Origin: Candidatus Nitrosopumilus koreensis AR1
Lineage (GTDB): Archaea > Thermoproteota > Nitrososphaeria > Nitrososphaerales > Nitrosopumilaceae
DNA length: 32,000 nucleotides
Assembly (NCBI RefSeq): GCF_000299365.1
Contig: NC_018655.1
Location: forward strand, 1,560,001 to 1,592,000
Direction of reading: 5' to 3'
Positions 18,473 to 27,063 of this stretch are shown piece by piece (the first letter of the stretch is position 1; every line of letters begins with the position of its first letter). The notes beneath the pieces are model-generated. The model was not told the DNA's origin, did no database searches, and saw nothing but the letters and a program-made list of their open reading frames with translations. A program made the translations under genes and the position numbers.

Positions 18473-19008
18473 CTTTGGATAATTTCATATGCTGATTCTA
18501 TTAGTTCGTCTTTTGTCAATCCGATATTAGATATTGCATAATCAGATAATGCAATTGAGTTGCTAATTCCAACACCTAATTCACGATTATCTCTTTCTTC
18601 AAAATGTTCTTTGGTTTGAGGATCATCAGATCTTCCTCTCTTTTGCAAGAAATCAAATCTAGTGTCAGTTGATGCATGAATAGCTAATAATTTTACATTT
18701 CCAATTTTTCTTAAAACCTCAATTTCATCATTTGAGCGAACACCGTCAATCAAAATTACATTAGAAGTGGATGATTCAATTTGGGGTTTTATCAATTCAG
18801 CTACTGCGCCAGGTCCATTTTTTTCTCTAAGTTCAAGCATTAACTTTCCAAGATTTGATCTTGATGGTTCCAAGTTTCTTTTTTTGGCCTCATCTCTTAC
18901 AGCATTTCCCATATTGATAATATCATAGCCTTTAGGTTTTAGTCCTTCAGCAATAGTAGATTTTCCAGCACCTGGCATGCCTGTTAAACACACAATCAGT
19001 TTTGTCAT
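18460..19008 (-). CDS. UPF0200-family nucleoside/dephospho-CoA-kinase-like P-loop NTPase
   Basis: Walker A GMPGAGKSTIAEGL, DGVRSNDEIEVLR motif; overlaps the downstream UPF0201 gene by 13 bp. Confidence 0.85.
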   Translation of the reverse strand: MTKLIVCLTGMPGAGKSTIAEGLKPKGYDIINMGNAVRDEAKKRNLEPSRSNLGKLMLELREKNGPGAVAELIKPQIESSTSNVILIDGVRSNDEIEVLRKIGNVKLLAIHASTDTRFDFLQKRGRSDDPQTKEHFEERDNRELGVGISNSIALSDYAISNIGLTKDELIESAYEIIQRWVE

Positions 19009-19080
19009 TGCATATCAAAAACTAAACTCGTCTATGAAGCTACCGGAAATTATTATAAAGATACGTCAAAGAAAGTTGTA

Positions 19081-19623
19081 ATGCGAACTTTTGTTGCAAT
19101 TGAAATTTCAAATAATGATGTAAAAAATTTTATAAAAAATTTTCAAAGTAATTTGAAAATTAATGCAAAACCAATAGATCCAGAACAATTACATTTTACA
19201 CTACAATTTTTGGGTGAAATTTCAGAAGAAACGGGGCAAAGAGTGATTGAAGCACTACAAACTATCATGTTTTCTGAATTTACTATAAACTTGAAAGGCG
19301 TAGGAGCATTTCCTAAACCTAAATTTCCACGAGTGGTTTGGATCGGAACAGATGAAAAAGGAGGAAGAGATCTGATTGAGTTGGCAAAAAAAGTAGAAAA
19401 CGTGTTAAAACCATTAGGATTGGTTTCAGACAAACCATTCAAGCCACACATTACAATATTTAGGATTAAAAAGAAGATCGGAGATATAACAAAAGAATTG
19501 AATGAAAGAAAACATATGGATTTTGGAATGCAGAAAGTTTTCAGTATAAAATTAAAAAAAAGTGAACTTACATCTAGTGGACCAATCTATTCCGATTTAG
19601 AGGAGGTAATTGCAGTAAAATGA
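19081..19623 (+). CDS. thpR: RNA 2',3'-cyclic phosphodiesterase (2'-5' RNA ligase family)
   Basis: Two HxTx motifs: LHFTLQFLGE and PHITIFRIK. Confidence 0.92.
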   Translation: MRTFVAIEISNNDVKNFIKNFQSNLKINAKPIDPEQLHFTLQFLGEISEETGQRVIEALQTIMFSEFTINLKGVGAFPKPKFPRVVWIGTDEKGGRDLIELAKKVENVLKPLGLVSDKPFKPHITIFRIKKKIGDITKELNERKHMDFGMQKVFSIKLKKSELTSSGPIYSDLEEVIAVK

Positions 19624-20951
19624 AGAAAATCATTTCCAATGTGATGAAGAATGTCATCCCTACAAAAACAGTAGAAAAATCAAAAAAAGAAATTGCAGAC
19701 TCAGCATTAGAATTGGTTAAAAAAGAAATTGAAAAGTTCCCTGAAATCATTGGATTAGAGTTTGGTGGTTCATTTGCTAAAGGCACATGGCTATCAAAAG
19801 ATGCTGATGTAGATATTTTTGTAAGATTCAAAAAGTCTACATCAGAAGAGAAGTTTGAAAGAATTTCAAAAAAAATTGGTTTTGATTCATTGAAAAAATT
19901 TTCTCCATATGTAAGATATTCTGAACATCCATATGTTGAGGCTAAAATGAAGGATACTAAGATCAATGTAGTACCATTTTATGATGTTAAAGTTGGAGAA
20001 TGGAAAAGTGCTGCAGATAGATCACCGTTTCATACAAAATTCATGTTAAAATCATTAACACCAAAAATGAGAAACGAGGTTAGAGTTTTGAAAACATTTC
20101 TAAAAGCAAATAGAATTTATGGTGCAGAAATTGCAAAGCAAGGTTTTAGTGGATATGTTTCAGAAGTGTTGGTTTTACATTTTGGAAGTTTTGAGAATAT
20201 TATAAAATCAATTTCTAAAATTGAAGAAAATTCAATCATAGGAAAAACTTCAAAGAAATTTGATACCTCTTTGATAATAGTTGATCCAATAGATACCAAT
20301 AGGAACTTAGCTGCAGCAATTTCTAATGAGAATATTGGGAAATTCGTTCTTGTCTGTAGAGCCTTTAAAGAAAATCCCAAATTAGAATTTTTTAAAAATA
20401 AAAAATTAAAAATATCAAAAAAATATTGGGAAAATTTGCTATCAATAAAATTCAGTTTTAAAATCAGGAGTCCAGATATAATTTGGGGGCAGATAAAAAG
20501 GGCCACCTCATCATTGAGTACACAGTTAGAATTGGCAGGTTTTACAGTTATACGAAGTAAAGCTTACACAGACCAACAAAAAGAAGCATATCTCTTTTTC
20601 TTTTTAGAATCGGCAAAAATTTCCGATATTCATGTAAAAAATGGGCCTGATTTTTTCAGGGAAGGTAGTTCCAAGAGCTTTATTTCTAAAAATCTTTCAA
20701 ATACAGAATTAGTATGGGTAGGTAAAAATAAAAAAATAATCTCTCTAGGAAACAGGCAGTACACAAATGCTGATAAATTCATGACTAAATTTTTAAAAAA
20801 TAATCTTCAAACAGGCATACCAAAAGGCCTTCAAAATGACTTTAAACGTGGTTTCAAAGTGGGTGTTGGAGAAAAAGGATTAAGCAAATCAATTAAAGAG
20901 GTTGCAAGTGAGTTGATCTCAACAGATGGCATATTCCTTCATTTCAATTAA
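19620..20951 (+). CDS. cca: Archaeal class I CCA-adding tRNA nucleotidyltransferase
   Basis: FGGSFAKGTWLSKDADVDIFVRF nucleotidyltransferase motif and archaeal CCA-enzyme organisation. Confidence 0.93.
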   Translation: MKKIISNVMKNVIPTKTVEKSKKEIADSALELVKKEIEKFPEIIGLEFGGSFAKGTWLSKDADVDIFVRFKKSTSEEKFERISKKIGFDSLKKFSPYVRYSEHPYVEAKMKDTKINVVPFYDVKVGEWKSAADRSPFHTKFMLKSLTPKMRNEVRVLKTFLKANRIYGAEIAKQGFSGYVSEVLVLHFGSFENIIKSISKIEENSIIGKTSKKFDTSLIIVDPIDTNRNLAAAISNENIGKFVLVCRAFKENPKLEFFKNKKLKISKKYWENLLSIKFSFKIRSPDIIWGQIKRATSSLSTQLELAGFTVIRSKAYTDQQKEAYLFFFLESAKISDIHVKNGPDFFREGSSKSFISKNLSNTELVWVGKNKKIISLGNRQYTNADKFMTKFLKNNLQTGIPKGLQNDFKRGFKVGVGEKGLSKSIKEVASELISTDGIFLHFN

Positions 20952-21687
20952 GAAATTTGGAAAAGAGCCATACTCAACAATTCTTGGGTATCCAAAGGCA
21001 ACATCACGTCAGATAAAATCTCGAATTAATGAATTAGAAAAATTAAAAATTAAATCGATTTCATTAATTGGTCCGACAACATTGGGAAAGTTGGAGATTC
21101 TTGGAAAAGGATACGCAGGTGTAGTTGTTCTTGCAAAAAAAGGAAGAAAAGAAATTGCGTTAAAAATTAGAAGAACAGATTCTCAAAGAAAAGAAATGAA
21201 AAATGAAGCAGAATTATTGAAATTTGCAAATTCTGTAAATGTTGGACCAAAAATGTTTGATGTAAGTAAGAATTTTTTGATAATGGAATACATAGAAGGG
21301 AATAAAATTATTGATTGGATAAATTCGTTAAAAGGAGTAGGTAGTGCAAAAAAATTAAAATCAACAATAAGAAAAATTCTTGAAGATTGTTTTAATTTAG
21401 ATCAAATCGGTTTTGATCATGGTGAATTAAGTAATATCTCAAAACATGTCATTGTTGGAAAAACAAAATCTACTCTGATTGATTTTGAGAGCTCTAGTGT
21501 TAAAAGAAGACCATCAAACGTAACATCAGTTACTCAGGCAATCTTTATTGGTTCAGGAATTGCAAAAAAAGTGCAGAAAATTTACAAAAATCCACCTAAA
21601 GAAAAGATTATTGATGCTCTAAAGCAGTATAAACAAGAAAAGTCTCCTGAAAATTTTGAAAATCTCTTGAAAATTTTGAAATTGTAA
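20926..21687 (+). CDS. Predicted archaeal Ser/Thr protein kinase (COG2112-like)
   Basis: LGKGYAGVVVLAKKGRKEIALKIRR (Gly loop and Lys), EYIEGNKI, DHGELSNISKHV, STLIDFESS motifs. Start overlaps cca by 26 bp. Confidence 0.78.
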   Translation: MAYSFISIKKFGKEPYSTILGYPKATSRQIKSRINELEKLKIKSISLIGPTTLGKLEILGKGYAGVVVLAKKGRKEIALKIRRTDSQRKEMKNEAELLKFANSVNVGPKMFDVSKNFLIMEYIEGNKIIDWINSLKGVGSAKKLKSTIRKILEDCFNLDQIGFDHGELSNISKHVIVGKTKSTLIDFESSSVKRRPSNVTSVTQAIFIGSGIAKKVQKIYKNPPKEKIIDALKQYKQEKSPENFENLLKILKL

Positions 21688-21761
21688 TGGGACCGGCAGG
21701 ATTTGAACCTGCGACCACTAGTCCCCCAGACTAGTATCATACCAAGCTAGACGACGATCCC
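21688..21761 (-). tRNA. tRNA-Pro (anticodon GGG)
   Basis: Reverse complement reads GGGATCG...CTAGT CTGGGGG ACTAG...GCAGG TTCAAAT CCTGC CGGTCCC A. Acceptor, anticodon and T stems pair, loop nt 34-36 = GGG. No encoded CCA and no intron. Confidence 0.93.
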
Positions 21762-21817
21762 TTGTCACAGAGGCATAAAATGAAATTATTAAATCGTCGT
21801 ATTAACAAATAAAAATT

Positions 21818-22027
21818 GTGAAAATTTGTAATATTTGTCACAAGATTTCTGCTACCGGTGAAGATCATACAGATTGTGTTCAAAAAAGGAATATAGAGTT
21901 AGAGGCTGAGGATTTTAAAAACAGCATTGCTGAAAAACTAAATCTTTCTAAAAATGATCAAGATTTGGGTGTTGAGATGAGAGCTGTTTTAGAACATCTG
22001 GCAAGAGAGAAAGAAAATCCTGATTGA
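21818..22027 (+). CDS. Small hypothetical protein with N-terminal Cys/His cluster
   Basis: MKICNICHKISATGEDHTDC; isolated ORF directly behind tRNA-Pro, no competing ORF. Confidence 0.6.
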   Translation: MKICNICHKISATGEDHTDCVQKRNIELEAEDFKNSIAEKLNLSKNDQDLGVEMRAVLEHLAREKENPD

Positions 22028-23176
22028 TTAAAACCATCTCGAGAGTCTTTCTTTTTCAAATTCTAGTTTGTTTGAAAGATTTTTTGAAGTTTGTGCAGAA
22101 ATACTGGTGGAAGGCTTTGGTTGTGAAAACATATCTACTTCAATAACCGAAGCTGTATCTCTCCCCGATTCAATAAAACAGCCTCCTTTTCCATCAAATA
22201 ATTCAGATTCTTCTTTTGACTGAAGTATTGAGACAATATTTTTGGCAACAGTTATTCCCTCACCTTCTGCAAATATTCCGGCTTTTGGTACTGCCATGTT
22301 TTCTGTAACTACTAAACTGGTTACATCACCTATTGCAAATACATTTTCAAAAGGAGTTTTGCAGTCCCTATCTATTGGAATAAATCCAGGTTCTTTAGCC
22401 AATCCAGAATCATAAATTACTTTTGGAGCAATATGAGGTGGAACAGCTAAAAGCAAATCAAATTCAGCTTCACTATTTTCAAAAATCAATTTGTTTGATT
22501 CAACTGATTTTATTTTAGATGAATTATGAAAAACAATTTTTTCAGAATTTACTAGTTTAAGAATTTCTTTACTAACTTCAGGACCAGCAGCAGGCAATGT
22601 AATTGGAGCTGGGCTGTAAAAGTCAATTTGAACAGAATCACGGACTCTACGTTTTCTAAGCATAGAATCTATCAATAAACTAGCCTCAAATGGTGCTGGA
22701 GGGCACTTATATGGCATTCCCATTATAGAAATAGCAATTTTTCCAGAATCAATATTTTGAAGTCTATTATGAATTTCTGAAAGTTGATTATGATCATACA
22801 AATTGAATCCGTTTTCTGTTAATCCGGGAATTTTTTGTGGAGCTAAAACGGCACCTAATGAGATTACAAGAAAATTATACGGTATGTTTTGTTGTTTGGT
22901 CTGAATGTTTTTGTTTTGAATGTCAATTGATAGAATTTCATCTTGTATGAAGTTTATTTCTTTTTTTTCTAATTCACGCAAATGTCCAATAGAATTTTCA
23001 AATGTTCGTGTTCCATTAATTATCCATAGTTTAGCAAACCCTACCATAAACCAGTCTTTTTTATCAATTATGGTAATTTTTACTTGTGATGAAGATAATG
23101 AATTCCTAATTTCATTTGCAGTAGAAAGTCCACCAAAACCCCCTCCTAAAATAACAACGTATGGAATATCTGTCAA
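22028..23176 (-). CDS. FAD-dependent NAD(P)H/sulfide:quinone oxidoreductase-like protein
   Basis: VVILGGGFGGLSTANEI dinucleotide-binding motif, GMPYKCPPAPFEASLLID, and VFAIGDVT FAD motif. Confidence 0.85.
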   Translation of the reverse strand: MTDIPYVVILGGGFGGLSTANEIRNSLSSSQVKITIIDKKDWFMVGFAKLWIINGTRTFENSIGHLRELEKKEINFIQDEILSIDIQNKNIQTKQQNIPYNFLVISLGAVLAPQKIPGLTENGFNLYDHNQLSEIHNRLQNIDSGKIAISIMGMPYKCPPAPFEASLLIDSMLRKRRVRDSVQIDFYSPAPITLPAAGPEVSKEILKLVNSEKIVFHNSSKIKSVESNKLIFENSEAEFDLLLAVPPHIAPKVIYDSGLAKEPGFIPIDRDCKTPFENVFAIGDVTSLVVTENMAVPKAGIFAEGEGITVAKNIVSILQSKEESELFDGKGGCFIESGRDTASVIEVDMFSQPKPSTSISAQTSKNLSNKLEFEKERLSRWF

Positions 23177-23177
23177 G

Positions 23178-23918
23178 TTAACGTTCTTGGGTTGTAGGTC
23201 TTATCAAAATTTCATTAACATTAACGTAAGAGGGAGAATCTACTGCAAATAAAATGGCATTTGCTATATCCTCAGATTGTAATGCTTCCATTTTTTTTGC
23301 ATTCTCAACAAATCCTTTTAATGATTCGTCAGTAATTGTATTGTTAAGTTCTGTATCTACAACTCCAGGTTCAATACTTGTTACTCTAATGTTTGAACGA
23401 ACGCTAAATTCTTGTCTTAGTCCCTCACTAAATGCTGCAACTGCATGTTTTGTTGCACAGTATACACTACCAGCTGGAAAGACAATTCTTCCTGCTACTG
23501 ATGAAAGATTAACAATATGACCCGATTTTTTTTCTTTCATGTGAGTGATTACGGACGCAGTGGAATACAACACTCCTTTGATGTTCACATCAACCATTTT
23601 GTCCCATTCGTCTACCTTAAGATTTTTGAAGAAGCTCAAAGGCATTAGTCCCGCATTATTTACTAGAATATCAATAGAATTCCATTTATCTAAAACAGCT
23701 TTTGCAAAATTATCACATTCTGATTTTTGTGTGACATCTAGTTTTTGATAAAAAACTTCTCCTCCGTTTTCAGTTATTGTTTTTGCAAGTTGTTCTAATC
23801 GATCGACTCTTCTGGCACCAAGAGCAACTTTAGCACCTGCTTTTGATAATGCTAGAACAGTTGCAAAACCAATACCACTACTAGCTCCAGTTATTATTGC
23901 TACTTTGCCTTTAATCAA
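23178..23918 (-). CDS. Short-chain dehydrogenase/reductase
   Basis: ITGASSGIGFATVLALS, LVNNAGLMPL, YCATKHAV motifs. Confidence 0.93.
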   Translation of the reverse strand: MIKGKVAIITGASSGIGFATVLALSKAGAKVALGARRVDRLEQLAKTITENGGEVFYQKLDVTQKSECDNFAKAVLDKWNSIDILVNNAGLMPLSFFKNLKVDEWDKMVDVNIKGVLYSTASVITHMKEKKSGHIVNLSSVAGRIVFPAGSVYCATKHAVAAFSEGLRQEFSVRSNIRVTSIEPGVVDTELNNTITDESLKGFVENAKKMEALQSEDIANAILFAVDSPSYVNVNEILIRPTTQER

Positions 23919-24017
23919 TTAACTAAATTGAATTTTAACATCGTAAAAATGTTTAGACAATGGAAAATTTAGTAAAATACTGGCAACTTTATTAGAAGAA
24001 AAATAGTAAATGAAATT

Positions 24018-24239
24018 GTGAAATCTGAAAAATGTGCATATTGTGGGGATTTAACAGACTTACCATTTCAATGTAATTACTGCAAGGATCCATTTTGTTC
24101 AGAGCACAGACTTCCTGAGGAACATAGATGTGTTAAACTAAGTCAAATTAGAGCAAAACGATTTGGTGAGAAAAAAGTTATCAGAGATGGTGGAAGAGAT
24201 AGACCAAATATTTTTAGAAGGATTTTTGGACGATTTTAA
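24018..24239 (+). CDS. AN1-type zinc finger protein
   Basis: CAYCGDLTDLPFQCNYCKDPFCSEHRLPEEHRC Cys/His pattern. Confidence 0.88.
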   Translation: MKSEKCAYCGDLTDLPFQCNYCKDPFCSEHRLPEEHRCVKLSQIRAKRFGEKKVIRDGGRDRPNIFRRIFGRF

Positions 24240-24524
24240 TCAATAAGGACTTTTTTCAGGAGATATTTTTGCACGTCTTCCTTGATAAATTAGCGCAATA
24301 GCAAGCGCAAACATTACCAATGCAGTTAATGGGAAATTTTGAGGTGCAGGCAAAATAAACCAGTAATAAACTCCAAAACCAATAGATACGGCAGCTTGTG
24401 TCCATAACTTTATCCATTTAGGAGCTTTTATTGCTCTACTAATACCCTCAACAATAAAAATTCCAATTACAGGATAAATTGTATAAAAAAGAAAATCAAT
24501 TACATCAACACCAGTATGAGACAT
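24240..24524 (-). CDS. Small hypothetical membrane protein
   Basis: Three hydrophobic segments; exactly abuts the convergent AN1 gene. Confidence 0.7.
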   Translation of the reverse strand: MSHTGVDVIDFLFYTIYPVIGIFIVEGISRAIKAPKWIKLWTQAAVSIGFGVYYWFILPAPQNFPLTALVMFALAIALIYQGRRAKISPEKSPY

Positions 24525-24557
24525 CTAATTAGAAAACAACTTAGGTATAATTTCTAT

Positions 24558-25115
24558 CTAATCTTCTAAGCGAACTTTTGTTGCAGCATTTTTGGCAATT
24601 AGTGCCTGAGCATTCTCATATGGGATAGTAGCAATATCCTCAGCTTTGAAGGGACCGTATTTTTCAAGATCAGCTCCTACAATTTCACCTATCTCCTGTA
24701 GAAATCTTACTGCAATTCTCTTTGTTTTGTGATTTTGAGACAAGGACTCAAGGAATTTTGATTTTCCATTAATTGTTGCTGAAAAGATCATTTCTTTTCT
24801 ATCTTTTTTCTCCTCTTGTGAATCTAGAATGAATTTTTCTTCATCAAGAAGAAAGCTAATTTCCAAATCTTTTAATTTTGAAATTTTTTCCAGTCTAATA
24901 TTTATCAACAAAGATGTAAGTTCTGTAGCCATTTCTATCATAGCTTCTTTGATTTTACTTTCAACACCATCAAACTCCTGTTTTTTCAAATTTCCTATAA
25001 AATCAGATAAATTTCTGTAAAAGTTTGGATTAATTTCTAATAAAGAATCATCTTCAATTTCTCGCAATACTATATGGTGAAGATAATTGATATCAATTTG
25101 ATTTGTTTCAGACAT
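24558..25115 (-). CDS. Probable GINS replication complex subunit (Gins51/Sld5-Psf1-like)
   Basis: Helical N-terminal region and C-terminal YGPFKAEDIATIPYENAQALIAKNAATKV, resembling the GINS B-domain signature. Confidence 0.75.
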   Translation of the reverse strand: MSETNQIDINYLHHIVLREIEDDSLLEINPNFYRNLSDFIGNLKKQEFDGVESKIKEAMIEMATELTSLLINIRLEKISKLKDLEISFLLDEEKFILDSQEEKKDRKEMIFSATINGKSKFLESLSQNHKTKRIAVRFLQEIGEIVGADLEKYGPFKAEDIATIPYENAQALIAKNAATKVRLED

Positions 25116-25156
25116 TTCTTACCTAATCCTTAAATGCTGGATGTATTTGTGTTTGA

Positions 25157-26629
25157 TTGAAGTATAAATTGCCCTATAAAGTCAGTCACGGAAAAGCAAT
25201 CCAAGTAACATATTCACCTGACGAGGTTTTTTCAAGAATTCAACATGAGGGAATTCAATTTATCGATCTTCAATTTACTGGTTTAACTGGTCATTTTCAT
25301 CATACCACAATTTCAGCAGACACATTTACTCCTGAACAGATGAGAGACGGGCTACCAAAATTGGATGGTTCATCCATTGTGGGTTTTACTAGTATTGATG
25401 ATTCAGATTTACTTCTAAAACCCGACCCAAATACATTTGCAATAATTCCATGGATGACAGAAAACAAAACAGCTAGAATGCTTTGTGATGTATATTGGGG
25501 AGAAGGTAGAGGCAGATTATCAAGAGATCCTCGTGGAATTTCTCAAAAAGCTGAAGAGTACATCAAAACACAAGGATTTGATTTTAGTACATGGGGTCCA
25601 GAGGTAGAATTTTTTGTTTTTGATAAAGTACATTGGGATGTTTTAACACCATACAAAGGACAATCATATTCAATTGAATCTAAAGAAGCACCATGGAGTC
25701 AAGAGGGAGATGGATATCCAATGGGATTACAGGAAGGATACTATCCCAGTACACCATCAGATACGCTTACACCATACAGAAATGAATGTGTAAATATTCT
25801 AAAGAATAATTTTGGGATTTTATGTGATAATCATCATCATGAAGTTGCAACAGCTGGCCAATGTGAGATTGATATCAAATATGATTATATGACAAATGCG
25901 GCTGATGCTGCACAATCTTACAAATATGTAATTAGAAATGTTGCTCAAAAATATGGCAAGGTTGCAACAATGATGCCAAAGCCAATTGCAATGGATTCAG
26001 GTTCAGGAATGCATGTTAATGTTAGTTTATGGAAAGGAAAGGAAAATACATTCTTTGATCCAGATGATGAAGACGAACTAAGTCAGACTGCAAGATACTT
26101 TTGTGGTGGAATAATTAATCACGCAAAAGCGTTATCAGCAATTTGTAATCCAACCACTAACTCATATCATAGATTAGTGCCAGGTTATGAGGCTCCAGCA
26201 TACATTGCATGGAGTTCTGGAAACCGTTCGGCAATTGTCAGAGTTCCAAAACATCTCAAAGGAAAAGAATATTCCAATCTAAAGAGATTAGAATTTAGAG
26301 CACCTGATCCTTCATCAAACCCATATCTTGTATTTGCTGCAGTTACTGCAGCTGGTATGGATGGACTCAAAAAGAAGACGGATCCTGGTGATCAGGTTCG
26401 TGATGATATTTTCAAAATGACAAAATCAGATAGATCAAAGAGAGGAATTGGCGTTCTTCCAAAGAGTTTAGGAGAAGCGTTAGATGAGTTAGAAAGTGAT
26501 AGAAAATTCCTTAATCCAATTTATACAAATGATGTAATTGATAAAATTATAGAATTAGAAAGAAGAGATCAACGTGAAATTGCCATTAGGCCCCACCCAC
26601 ACGAATTTTATCTGTACTTTGATGTTTAG
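25157..26629 (+). CDS. glnA: Type I glutamine synthetase (paralogue 2); putative TTG start
   Basis: WGPEVEFFVFD, HHEVATAGQCEI, GSGMHVNVSLW, NPTTNSYHRLVPGYEAP, GNRSAIVRVP motifs. Confidence 0.93.
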   Translation: MKYKLPYKVSHGKAIQVTYSPDEVFSRIQHEGIQFIDLQFTGLTGHFHHTTISADTFTPEQMRDGLPKLDGSSIVGFTSIDDSDLLLKPDPNTFAIIPWMTENKTARMLCDVYWGEGRGRLSRDPRGISQKAEEYIKTQGFDFSTWGPEVEFFVFDKVHWDVLTPYKGQSYSIESKEAPWSQEGDGYPMGLQEGYYPSTPSDTLTPYRNECVNILKNNFGILCDNHHHEVATAGQCEIDIKYDYMTNAADAAQSYKYVIRNVAQKYGKVATMMPKPIAMDSGSGMHVNVSLWKGKENTFFDPDDEDELSQTARYFCGGIINHAKALSAICNPTTNSYHRLVPGYEAPAYIAWSSGNRSAIVRVPKHLKGKEYSNLKRLEFRAPDPSSNPYLVFAAVTAAGMDGLKKKTDPGDQVRDDIFKMTKSDRSKRGIGVLPKSLGEALDELESDRKFLNPIYTNDVIDKIIELERRDQREIAIRPHPHEFYLYFDV

Positions 26630-26634
26630 ACTCT

Positions 26635-26904
26635 TCAACTAATCTGAAAAATATAGTACAATGAAATTGCCATTAGTGCAAATCCACTTCCAAGAAATAT
26701 TTCTCTTCTTTTTTCTGATGTTGCAGACTTGTACAACAAAACACCACCTGCCAAACCTACAAACAATACCAAAACACCTACAACAACACTATCAAAACTA
26801 GTGTTGGTGATTAATGGATGGAAAAATCCTGCCAGTAATGTAAAAAAAGCAATCAAGTAAACATACTTGAAACCAGTAAGGAATTTTGATGAAGTTTTAT
26901 TCAA
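26635..26904 (-). CDS. Small hypothetical membrane protein
   Basis: Three hydrophobic segments; start after a hydrophilic N-terminus. Confidence 0.7.
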   Translation of the reverse strand: MNKTSSKFLTGFKYVYLIAFFTLLAGFFHPLITNTSFDSVVVGVLVLFVGLAGGVLLYKSATSEKRREIFLGSGFALMAISLYYIFQIS

Positions 26905-26958
26905 TGTTGTTCGTAAAAGCAGTTATCAAATAAACTTTTGAAAATTTTCAAAAATAAT

Positions 26959-27063
26959 CTACATCATTCCGCCCATGTCAGGCATTCCACCCATTCCAGG
27001 GGGCATTCCACCCATTCCACCCATTCCAGGGGGCATTCCGCCTTCACCGCCGCCAGGTGGACC
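26959..27063 (-). repeat. Low-complexity GGM/PPGM-coding repeats (thermosome C-terminal tail)
   Basis: Repeated CATTCCACCCATTCC / GGGGGCATTCC units encoding [27 protein letters not shown]. Confidence 0.85.

Noticed and set aside
21688-21761. 9-nt anticodon loop / possible intron in the tRNA
   Set aside because: Shifting the pairing gives a standard 5-bp stem with 7-nt loop CTGGGGG, anticodon GGG; no intron needed.
25157-25200. TATA-like TATAAA sequences inside the 5' end of the GS paralogue 2 ORF, suggesting a later true start
   Set aside because: No convincing ATG/GTG/TTG lies shortly downstream in frame before the conserved N-terminal segment, so the TTG at 25157 is kept, with uncertainty.
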